DNA from: a virus
Taxonomy: Duplodnaviria > Caudoviricetes
Virus record (IMG/VR): IMGVR_UViG_3300030100_000466
Location: 1-34,779 of that record
Direction: 5' to 3' (one strand)
Length of the DNA stretch: 34,779 nt
Position 1 is the stretch's first letter, and every line of letters begins with the position of its first letter. Under the pieces are notes generated by a model. It saw only the letters and a list, made by a program, of their open reading frames with translations. It did not search any database and was not told where the DNA came from. Both the position numbers and the translations under genes were made by a program. Positions 1-7,984 of the stretch are shown here, piece by piece.

Positions 1-1
1 C

Positions 2-814
2 GCAGGTTCTAGTGGAGCTGGTGGAGATGGAGGCGATGGTGGAGCTGGAGGTGATGCCGTAAAAGCCTCAGTTGCATGTACCATTGTAAATAACGGAAGT
101 ATCTTAGCTGGAGGTGGTGGTGGAGCCGCAGGTGGTGGAGGTGGACTAGGTGGTTCTCTTCAACAACAACAACAAACCACTGGTCAACAAGGTCCGACTT
201 ATTCTCCAGGAACCTATGGTTATTCTTGGATTAACATTTATCAACAAGGTTTTTCTGGATACATAGGCACTCAAGCTCAATGGGGTCCTAGCAATCCAGA
301 TGGTATAGCTCTAACAACCTATCCAACTCACCCTCGTGCTATTCCACAGCCTGCTCTCGGTACTACTTCAGTTACATTTGGGCAGTATACTTATTATAGA
401 GGTGGCTACAGAGGTGCTAATCAATTTAATACTTTTGATGCTATTTACAATATATATAGACAATTTCCTCAATCACAACAAACTCAAGTAGGTGGACACG
501 CAGGAGCCGCAGGTGGAGCTGGTGGATTAGGAAGAGGATTTAATAATCAACCTGGTGGAGACTCTGGTGCATCTGGTAGTTCTGGAACAACTGGTCAAGC
601 TGGAAACGGTGGAGATGGTGGAGACGGTGGAGACGGTGGAGGCTATGGTGCCGCTGGATCTTCTGGTCAAGCTGGTCAAGCAGGAGCAAACTCATCTACT
701 AATGGATCTGCCGCAGGTAGTGCAGGTAGTGCAGGAGCAGCAGGTAATTATATCGAAGGATTTTCAAACGTAACTTTTACAAACAACGGCACAGTCGCAG
801 GAGGCACAGAATAA
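2..814 (+). CDS. Glycine-rich tail fibre/adhesin, C-terminal part (5'-truncated)
   Basis: Frame 2 is open from the window start to TAA at 812-814, which overlaps the next ATG (TAATG). Translates AGSSGAGGDGG...IVNNGSILAGGGGG...NNGTVAGGTE; polyglycine runs resemble T-even gp38-type adhesins. Not in the ORF track. Confidence 0.75.
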   Translation, partial: AGSSGAGGDGGDGGAGGDAVKASVACTIVNNGSILAGGGGGAAGGGGGLGGSLQQQQQTTGQQGPTYSPGTYGYSWINIYQQGFSGYIGTQAQWGPSNPDGIALTTYPTHPRAIPQPALGTTSVTFGQYTYYRGGYRGANQFNTFDAIYNIYRQFPQSQQTQVGGHAGAAGGAGGLGRGFNNQPGGDSGASGSSGTTGQAGNGGDGGDGGDGGGYGAAGSSGQAGQAGANSSTNGSAAGSAGSAGAAGNYIEGFSNVTFTNNGTVAGGTE

Positions 815-1173
815 TGGCTATATCATATAAATGGTCTATACAAAAACTTTATACCAAAGACATAACAGAGGGTGGTCAAACCTATACTGACGTTATAAAA
901 AGAACAGTAGGAACTTTAACTGGAACAGATTCTGGAGAAGAAGTCATTCACGCTTTCGATGTTGATTTAAAAAACCCTTCTTCATGGTCTGATTTTAAAG
1001 CATATGATTCACTATCAGAAGCTAATGTTGTTTCTTTTGTAGAAACAAGAATAGGGTCAACCATGATAGCTTCCATTAAAAAAGAAATGGAAAACATGAT
1101 GGCAACTCTATTAGAGTATTCTGGTTCAACTATAAAAGGAACTGATCAAAAACCAACTTTTCCTTGGAGCTAA
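814..1173 (+). CDS. Hypothetical tail-fibre-associated protein
   Basis: 119 aa ORF translationally coupled to the adhesin gene; function inferred from position only. Confidence 0.55.
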   Translation: MAISYKWSIQKLYTKDITEGGQTYTDVIKRTVGTLTGTDSGEEVIHAFDVDLKNPSSWSDFKAYDSLSEANVVSFVETRIGSTMIASIKKEMENMMATLLEYSGSTIKGTDQKPTFPWS

Positions 1174-1719
1174 ATGAATAAAATTTTAAACTTACTTTCA
1201 GATAGCCAAGTCTCTCTGTTACAATCACATTTTGATTATGTCTGTAATATGATGCCTGTTACAGACATGAATGATCCTAGTATGATAGGACATAACTCTC
1301 ACCAAGTGTATGCAGATCCTGTAACTGAAAATATTTTAAATTATGCACACCCTATTGTCCAAGAGGCATATGGTAAAGAGTTATGCCCAACTTACTCTTT
1401 TTGGAGAAGATACTATGAAGGACAAACCTGTGCCGCACATAAAGATAGACCAGCTTGTGAAATTAGTATTACCTTGAATGTAGGTGGCACACCTAGAAGT
1501 GACTGGAGTATTTTTGTAGATAATAAAGAATTTACTCCTAGTGAGGGACAAGGTGTTTTATATAAGGGTTGTGATCAAATGCACTGGCGAAATGCATTGC
1601 CTTATGAAAACCACACACAAATCTTTTTGCATTTTATAGAAAAAGATGGTAAGTTTTATCCAAAACATAAATACGATGAAAGAGAATCTTTATATCGTCA
1701 AGTTATGCACCAAAGATGA
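1174..1719 (+). CDS. 2OG-Fe(II) oxygenase superfamily protein
   Basis: HKD (HxD) motif in HKDRPACEISIT, distal HWR, and TQIFLHF strand. Confidence 0.8.
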   Translation: MNKILNLLSDSQVSLLQSHFDYVCNMMPVTDMNDPSMIGHNSHQVYADPVTENILNYAHPIVQEAYGKELCPTYSFWRRYYEGQTCAAHKDRPACEISITLNVGGTPRSDWSIFVDNKEFTPSEGQGVLYKGCDQMHWRNALPYENHTQIFLHFIEKDGKFYPKHKYDERESLYRQVMHQR

Positions 1720-1722
1720 GTT

Positions 1723-2289
1723 ATGAAAAGAAATATTATTGTTGCAAAGAACGCCATAAGTTCTGATTTATGTAACGCTATAATCAACACAACAAAAAAC
1801 ACCTTTACACCTGCTAAAATAGGTGGAGATTCAGGTAAAAACTCAACAATAAGAAGAAGCGAAACAAGTTGGTTAACAGGATCAGTGAAACATCTTGAAG
1901 TGTATGCTCCAATATTACAACTTATAAAAAAAGTTAATCAAGAATTTTATGGTTTTGATTTGACAGATCCAGAGCCTTTTCAAATAACAAGATACGATGA
2001 ACAAAATCAAGGGTTCTATCACCCTCACGAAGACGGAGTTTACGACCCAGTTCCAGTTGGTGGTTTTGTAAGAAAATTGTCTTTGTCTATTCAACTTACT
2101 TCACCAGAATACTATGAAGGAGGAGAGTTTGAGTTTCCAGATGACAAAGAAAAATTTAATGTAGAGGATTCTAAACAACAAGGGACAGCTATATTTTTCC
2201 CCTCTTATATAAAACACGGTGTAAAACCAGTTACAAAAGGCACGAGATATAGTTTAGTTTGTTGGGTGTTGGGACCGATGTTTGCATAA
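1723..2289 (+). CDS. 2OG-Fe(II) oxygenase (PKHD/prolyl-hydroxylase-like)
   Basis: HED, RKLSLSIQL, YEGGEF and HGVKPVTKGTRYSLVCW give the full HxD...H...RxS signature. Confidence 0.9.
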   Translation: MKRNIIVAKNAISSDLCNAIINTTKNTFTPAKIGGDSGKNSTIRRSETSWLTGSVKHLEVYAPILQLIKKVNQEFYGFDLTDPEPFQITRYDEQNQGFYHPHEDGVYDPVPVGGFVRKLSLSIQLTSPEYYEGGEFEFPDDKEKFNVEDSKQQGTAIFFPSYIKHGVKPVTKGTRYSLVCWVLGPMFA

Positions 2290-2307
2290 GAATAGAAGGA
2301 GGTTTTA

Positions 2308-2958
2308 ATGAACCTAGAAGAGTATAAAAAAATAGTTAAAGAAAGGTTTCCAATAGATCCAAACAATCTACCTTACTATATTGTTTATGATGATTTTTTA
2401 CTTCCTCACGAGTTTGGTACTTTAAAAAGTTATATGTCAAGTGAGTTTCCTTGGGGAATTTCAAACAAATTAAATTATGATGATCAAAACCCATATTTAG
2501 TAAAAAAAATATATGACGTTGAACACCCACCTAGACATGAATGGGGACCTAATGTTGATGAAGGACCTTTTATTGCTATAACAAAAAGAATAGGCATGAT
2601 CGCTATGTTAAGATTAAAAGCAAACATGTATTTAAATAGTCAAGTTCAAGATATACATTATCCTCACATTGATTATCAATTTCCACATCAAGGAGCTTTG
2701 TTTTATCTGGATGACTGTGACGCTCCTACTTACATGTCAAATGGAGTGGGTATTGAAAGTAAACAAAATAGACTTTTACTTTTTAACGCATCAACGGCTC
2801 ATTCTAGCTCAGCACCAACTAATAAAAACTATAGACAAACTATTAACATTAATTATTTTGGAGGAGGCATTCGTGATGATTACTTAAGAATGCTTAAAGA
2901 TCCAACTATAGTATCTGAACATGTTCCTTTTGCAATTACACCACATGGGAAAAGATAA
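2308..2958 (+). CDS. 2OG-Fe(II) oxygenase-like protein
   Basis: PHID, NRLLLFN, AHSS and RQTININY; AAGGAGG SD upstream. Confidence 0.8.
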   Translation: MNLEEYKKIVKERFPIDPNNLPYYIVYDDFLLPHEFGTLKSYMSSEFPWGISNKLNYDDQNPYLVKKIYDVEHPPRHEWGPNVDEGPFIAITKRIGMIAMLRLKANMYLNSQVQDIHYPHIDYQFPHQGALFYLDDCDAPTYMSNGVGIESKQNRLLLFNASTAHSSSAPTNKNYRQTININYFGGGIRDDYLRMLKDPTIVSEHVPFAITPHGKR

Positions 2959-3521
2959 TGCAGTTTCAAACATACCAATCAAAACTAATAGAAGATAATC
3001 ATCAAGAGTTTTTAAAAGAGTGCGAAAGAGCAGTAGCCAAATTAGACGATAACTTTCCAGGAGAAGACAAAACGTGGAGTTATTACAAATATAATTTTTT
3101 CGTTGCTACTGCGGGAAGTAAACTGTTCTATAATTTATTTAAAGAAATGCAATGGTGTATTAGAAATTTTTGTCAAACCAACGAGCCTCTTTGGTGGGGA
3201 TGTTGGTTAAATTACCATGATTCAGACAAGGTGTTAGACTGGCACAATCATGGTTCAGATTATCATGGATACATATCTATTGACCCAAAAAATACTGTTA
3301 CTGAGTTTAAACAATGGAAGGTCAATAATCAAATAGGACAAATTTACATAGGAGAAGGTGGACATGAACACAGAGTTGTTGTTAATGAAAACTTCGATAC
3401 ACCTAGAATTACTCTTGGTCTTGATATTTATAAAAACTTAAATTTTTTTGAAGACCTAAAAGAAGAAGATGGCGTTGTTACAACCAAAGTATTAGGCAAT
3501 ATGTGTTACATACCATGTTAG
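2958..3521 (+). CDS. 2OG-Fe(II) oxygenase-like protein (HxH variant)
   Basis: WLN...DWHNH...HGYI...EHRV...RITLG pattern; coupled to the previous gene. Confidence 0.7.
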   Translation: MQFQTYQSKLIEDNHQEFLKECERAVAKLDDNFPGEDKTWSYYKYNFFVATAGSKLFYNLFKEMQWCIRNFCQTNEPLWWGCWLNYHDSDKVLDWHNHGSDYHGYISIDPKNTVTEFKQWKVNNQIGQIYIGEGGHEHRVVVNENFDTPRITLGLDIYKNLNFFEDLKEEDGVVTTKVLGNMCYIPC

Positions 3522-4054
3522 AAAGATCTAGTTTTATTTATTTTGAAAATTTTATTCCTACAAATTATTTTAAGGAACTTCAACAGTTGATGACAAGTGG
3601 AGACTTTGAATGGTTTTATAGAAACGCATCAACAGAGAGTGATAAAGAGTCAAGTTTTACACACGCTTTATATAATGATCAAAGTGGTCAAGTCGCAACA
3701 AGTCATCATAGCGACAGATTTAAAACTCTGTTTGATGAAATGTTAAAAAAATTTGGTGGAGAAAAGATAATAAGAGCAAGAGCTGTTTTGTACCCTAAAA
3801 GAAGTGAGGTAACTTACACTGGAAAACACTATGATGTTATTGACTTTGATTCAAAACCAGTGCAAGACCCTATTAAAATAGCATTGTTGAACTTTCATAC
3901 ATGCAATGGTGGAACAGTGGTTGGAAATACAAAAGTGCCCTCAGTCGCAAATTCTGCTATACTTTTTAATAACACAACTGCTCATAGTGGTTTTATACAA
4001 AGTGATACTCCAATAAGAATTGTATTAAACTTTGTGTTTGTTGCCAATAACTAA
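3515..4054 (+). CDS. 2OG-Fe(II) oxygenase-like protein
   Basis: KHYD, CNGGT, NSAILF, AHSG and RIVLNF; ATG at 3515 preferred over the 3503 start in the ORF track. Confidence 0.8.
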   Translation: MLERSSFIYFENFIPTNYFKELQQLMTSGDFEWFYRNASTESDKESSFTHALYNDQSGQVATSHHSDRFKTLFDEMLKKFGGEKIIRARAVLYPKRSEVTYTGKHYDVIDFDSKPVQDPIKIALLNFHTCNGGTVVGNTKVPSVANSAILFNNTTAHSGFIQSDTPIRIVLNFVFVANN

Positions 4055-4069
4055 AGTTAATGGTAGTAT
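4041..4069 (+). promoter_or_regulatory. Sigma70-like promoter, probably leaderless, for the tail/ejection operon
   Basis: TTGCCA(4041-4046)-17 bp-TAGTAT(4064-4069) with extended TG; ATG 5 nt after the -10 box; no SD. Confidence 0.6.
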
Positions 4070-4074
4070 GACTT

Positions 4075-5934
4075 ATGCCTTTGACAAGTTTAAAATTTAG
4101 ACCTGGTATCAATAGAGAGATAACTTCATATTCAAATGAAGGGGGTTTCTTTGACTGTGAGAAAGTAAGATTTTATGCAGGCTTTCCAGAAAAGATAGGT
4201 GGTTGGGTTAAACAATCTGATAACACATATTTAGGAACAGCAAGAGCATTACATAACTGGGTTGCTCTAGATAACTCTAATTTTATGGGTGTTGGAACAC
4301 ATCTTAAATATTATATAGAAGAGGGTGGACAGTTTAACGATATAACACCAATTCGTAAAACATCTACAAATAGTATTACATTTTCTGCAACAAATGGTTC
4401 TGCCGAGATAACAGTTACAGACTCCTCTCATGGTGCAGTAGTAAATGATTTTGTTACAATATCTGGTGCAGTAAGTTTGGGTGGTAATATAACTGCCGCC
4501 GTACTAAATACAGAGCATCAAATAACCTCTGTAGTGGATGGTAATTCATATAAAATTACTGCAAGCGCAACAGCTAGTGCGTCTGATAGTGGTAATGGTG
4601 GTTCTGGTGTTGATGGCGTATATCAAGTAAATGTAGGTTTGGACACTGCCGTTGGAGGTAATGGATGGGGGGCTGGAGGTTACGGTGGTGTGAATGCTGA
4701 TTTATCTACATTTGGTTGGGGTGAGGCAGCGGCTAGTGGGACAACTGCTCAAATCCGTTTATGGTCACATGATAACTTTGGTGAGGATTTACTTATCAAT
4801 GCAAAAGATAGTCCTATTTTTTATTGGGATAAATCAAATGGTCTCGGAACACGAGCCGTGAATTTAACGTCTGTATCTGGTGCTTCAAACGTACCAATCA
4901 TTGCAAAGCAAATACTTGTGTCAGATATTGATCGACACATTATTGTTTTTGGAACAAACCCACTAGGGAGCACGGATCAAGATCCATTGTTAATTAGATT
5001 CGGATCACAAGAATCTCTAACTGATTTTACACCCACTGCAACAAATACTGCTGGTGATTTAAGGCTTGGCAGTGGTTCTACTTTTGTGCAAGCTGTAGAA
5101 ACAAAACAACAGATACTTGTATTTACAGATAAAGCTGTATTCTCTATGAGATTTATAGGCCCACCATTTACATTTGGACTGCAAGAGCTTTCAAAAAACA
5201 TTACAATTATGAGTCCTAAATCTGCAATAGCAGTTGATGATGCAGTATTTTGGATGGGCAAAGATAGTTTTTATGTGTACGGAGGACAAACACAACAGAT
5301 ACCTTGTTCTGTACGAGACAAAGTATTTCTAGATTTTAATACTTCTCAATCAGAAAAAGTATTTGCTGGTGTTAATTCTAAATGGGGTGAGATCTGGTGG
5401 TTCTATCCTTCTGCAAGTAGTGAGGAAATAGATAAATATGTTATTTATAATTATTTAGAAAAGACATGGTACTACGGATCATTGTCTAGAACTGCTTGGC
5501 ACGATAGAGGTATACGAACTTTTCCGATTGCCGCAGGAACACCTCATTTATTTGAACATGAAAATGGAAATGATGACGATGGATCTGCAATGACAGCATC
5601 TGTTGAAACAAGTCAAATGGATATTGGAGATGGTTATCAGTTTAATTTTATAAAACAATTAATTCCAGATATTACTTTCAACGGATCTGATGTCTCTACT
5701 CCTGTTGCAACTTTCACATTACAAGCTAGAAACGGCCCAGGTAGTCCTTACAGTAACACTTCTGCTGGAACAAGCACAAGAACAGCCACGGCTCCAGTAG
5801 AACAATTTACAGATTTGGTTAATGTAAGATTAAGAGGACGCTCTTTTAACATGAAACTTGAATCAACAGGACAAGGAGTAATGTGGAAGCTAGGAACACC
5901 AAGGGTAGATATTAGATCAGATGGGAGGAGATAG
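4075..5934 (+). CDS. Tail stabilisation/tail tubular protein (P22 gp10-like)
   Basis: 619 aa, beta-rich; PGINR N-terminus and EIWWFYPS...YVIYNY..WYYG motifs; lies directly before ejection-type genes. Confidence 0.65.
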   Translation: MPLTSLKFRPGINREITSYSNEGGFFDCEKVRFYAGFPEKIGGWVKQSDNTYLGTARALHNWVALDNSNFMGVGTHLKYYIEEGGQFNDITPIRKTSTNSITFSATNGSAEITVTDSSHGAVVNDFVTISGAVSLGGNITAAVLNTEHQITSVVDGNSYKITASATASASDSGNGGSGVDGVYQVNVGLDTAVGGNGWGAGGYGGVNADLSTFGWGEAAASGTTAQIRLWSHDNFGEDLLINAKDSPIFYWDKSNGLGTRAVNLTSVSGASNVPIIAKQILVSDIDRHIIVFGTNPLGSTDQDPLLIRFGSQESLTDFTPTATNTAGDLRLGSGSTFVQAVETKQQILVFTDKAVFSMRFIGPPFTFGLQELSKNITIMSPKSAIAVDDAVFWMGKDSFYVYGGQTQQIPCSVRDKVFLDFNTSQSEKVFAGVNSKWGEIWWFYPSASSEEIDKYVIYNYLEKTWYYGSLSRTAWHDRGIRTFPIAAGTPHLFEHENGNDDDGSAMTASVETSQMDIGDGYQFNFIKQLIPDITFNGSDVSTPVATFTLQARNGPGSPYSNTSAGTSTRTATAPVEQFTDLVNVRLRGRSFNMKLESTGQGVMWKLGTPRVDIRSDGRR

Positions 5935-6233
5935 TGTCCTCAAGAAATACAGCTCCACCAAGGTTGCCTCTTCCTATTGGTGGTGTTACAGAAATGTACA
6001 TGACAGATCTGGTCAACGCTTTAGACTTTTTTATAACACAAACAACCAATCCAGGTGAGGGAAGAAACACAAAATTAGTCTTTACAGAGATGCCAACAAG
6101 TGATGTAGGTTTAGAACCTGGAACCTTGTATAGAATAGGAAATGATGTTAAGATAAGTTTATTGAATATAGCAGGCGTTGATGGATTGACTGCAACTGTA
6201 ACATTAGGTAGTGTAACTGTATCGGTATCATAA
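5934..6233 (+). CDS. Small putative virion protein
   Basis: 99 aa, GTG start overlapping the previous stop; within the structural operon. Confidence 0.55.
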   Translation: MSSRNTAPPRLPLPIGGVTEMYMTDLVNALDFFITQTTNPGEGRNTKLVFTEMPTSDVGLEPGTLYRIGNDVKISLLNIAGVDGLTATVTLGSVTVSVS

Positions 6234-6989
6234 ATGGGAATATTTAAAAGTTTTACAAAAATTTTAAAAAAAGCAGCTCCAATCATAGGTGGTTCAATAG
6301 GTTTTGCCATAGCACCAGGGTTTTTGGGTGCGGCTCTTGGTTCAGGAATTGGTAGTCTTGTTGGAGGAGCTGATCCAGAAGATGCTTTAAAAGCTGCCGC
6401 TCTTGGTGGTATAGCTGGATATGCAGGTAGTAAATTTATGGCTCCTACTGCCGAAGCAGTAAAAGGGACAACACCTGTAGCGTTTGGAATGGAGGCTGCA
6501 TCAGCGCCAACAGTTTCTGCTGTTTCAACAACACCTTTAGTTAAAGAAGGTATTATGTCTTCAGTGTTGGATTTTGCCAAGTCACCAGTGGGTATTGCTA
6601 GTATTGTGGGTGCTGGAGGTTTAGCGGCTCTTGGTGGAGAGGAAGAAGAGACAACTAAAAAAGAAGAAAGACCTTTTCCAAAAGGCACATCAAGATTAGG
6701 CAGAGGAATGGTAGATGGACTGTCTTTTGATTTAAACGATAAAGAAGAGAGAGACGAGTATTTTAGAAGAGTTAGAGCAAAACAAGGCTTTGAAAAAGAA
6801 TTTGAATTAGCTGGTGGTGGAGAGGTCGAAGGACCTGGAACTGGCACAAGTGATTCTGTACCAGCAAGACTATCAGATGGTGAGTTTGTATTAACTGCTA
6901 AAGCTGTGAGAGGAGCTGGTGGTGGAGATAGAGACATTGGTGCAGCTAGAATGTATGATATGATGTCTGAATTAGAGAGGGTCGCATAA
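6234..6989 (+). CDS. Putative DNA ejection/internal virion protein
   Basis: Gly/Ala-rich hydrophobic segments and a C-terminal GGEVEGPGTGTSDSVPARLSDGEFV motif. Confidence 0.6.
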   Translation: MGIFKSFTKILKKAAPIIGGSIGFAIAPGFLGAALGSGIGSLVGGADPEDALKAAALGGIAGYAGSKFMAPTAEAVKGTTPVAFGMEAASAPTVSAVSTTPLVKEGIMSSVLDFAKSPVGIASIVGAGGLAALGGEEEETTKKEERPFPKGTSRLGRGMVDGLSFDLNDKEERDEYFRRVRAKQGFEKEFELAGGGEVEGPGTGTSDSVPARLSDGEFVLTAKAVRGAGGGDRDIGAARMYDMMSELERVA

Positions 6990-7984
6990 TGGCAACACAA
7001 ACTGTAGATCAAACCCAAACCGTTAGACTAGCTCCGTTTCAAGAAGAGTTTTTAGCGGACATCTTTGCAAGTGTTAGAAATTTAACAGGTGATGGCACAC
7101 AAATGCCTTTTGCTGAACAGCAATTAGCAGGTTTATCAGAAGGACAACAACAAGCTATTGCAAACGCTTTATCTGGCGTAGGTGCATTTCAACCTTTTCT
7201 ACAAAAAGGAGCAGAGGCTATAGGTCAAGGTATAGGTGCAGTTGGCACTGGTCTTGGGACGATAGGAAGTGCAATAGGACAAACTGCTCAAGCTGGTTTT
7301 GATCCAACATCTTATCAACAATTTATGAATCCATTTACAGAAAGTGTTATAGCACAAACTCAAGCAGATATAGCTAGACAAGGTGCTATACAACAAGGAA
7401 ATATAGGAGCAAGAGCTGCCTCTGCTGGAGCATTTGGTGGATCAAGACAAGCAGTAGCAGAGCAAGAACTCGCTAGAAATGTTATGGATCAACAAGCAAG
7501 AACTGGAGCACAGTTAAGATCACAAGGTTTCGCACAAGCACAACAATTAGCACAACAACAAGCTAATCAAGCATTAAGACAAGCACAACTTACTGGTCAA
7601 TTAGGGCAAACAACTGGTGCTCTCGGATCACAGATTGGACAAATGGGTGTGCAAACTGCTGGACTAGGACAACTTGGTCAACAGTTAGGAGTGCAAGATA
7701 TCAATACACTATTAGGTATTGGTGGTCTGCAACAACAACAAGGACAAAAAGAATTTGATGTTGCAAGAGCTAACGAACTTGCAAGACAAGCGTTGCCTTA
7801 TCAACAAGTAGGATTCATGTCCGACATCTTTAGAGGTGTTCCAGCGTTACAACAAACAACTTCAACAACAACCAGACCAGGTCCAAGTAGAGGATCGCAA
7901 CTACTTGGTCTTGGAATCGCGGGTCTTGGAGCGGTAGGACAAGCTGGTGGCTTTAGTAATTTCTTTGGACCGAGAGCAGCATAA
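6989..7984 (+). CDS. Putative DNA transfer (ejection) protein
   Basis: Gln/Gly/Ala-rich with GAFGGSRQ motif and a C-terminal Gly-rich hydrophobic helix; coupled by TAATG. Confidence 0.65.
   Translation: MATQTVDQTQTVRLAPFQEEFLADIFASVRNLTGDGTQMPFAEQQLAGLSEGQQQAIANALSGVGAFQPFLQKGAEAIGQGIGAVGTGLGTIGSAIGQTAQAGFDPTSYQQFMNPFTESVIAQTQADIARQGAIQQGNIGARAASAGAFGGSRQAVAEQELARNVMDQQARTGAQLRSQGFAQAQQLAQQQANQALRQAQLTGQLGQTTGALGSQIGQMGVQTAGLGQLGQQLGVQDINTLLGIGGLQQQQGQKEFDVARANELARQALPYQQVGFMSDIFRGVPALQQTTSTTTRPGPSRGSQLLGLGIAGLGAVGQAGGFSNFFGPRAA

Noticed and set aside
555-773. 72 aa ORF with VETVE repeats
   Set aside because: Out-of-frame shadow of the GGD/GGN codon repeats of the adhesin gene.
5912-7018. 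368 aa antisense ORF
   Set aside because: Mirror of Gly/Ala-rich + strand genes; Pro/Ser-rich, no motifs and no SD.
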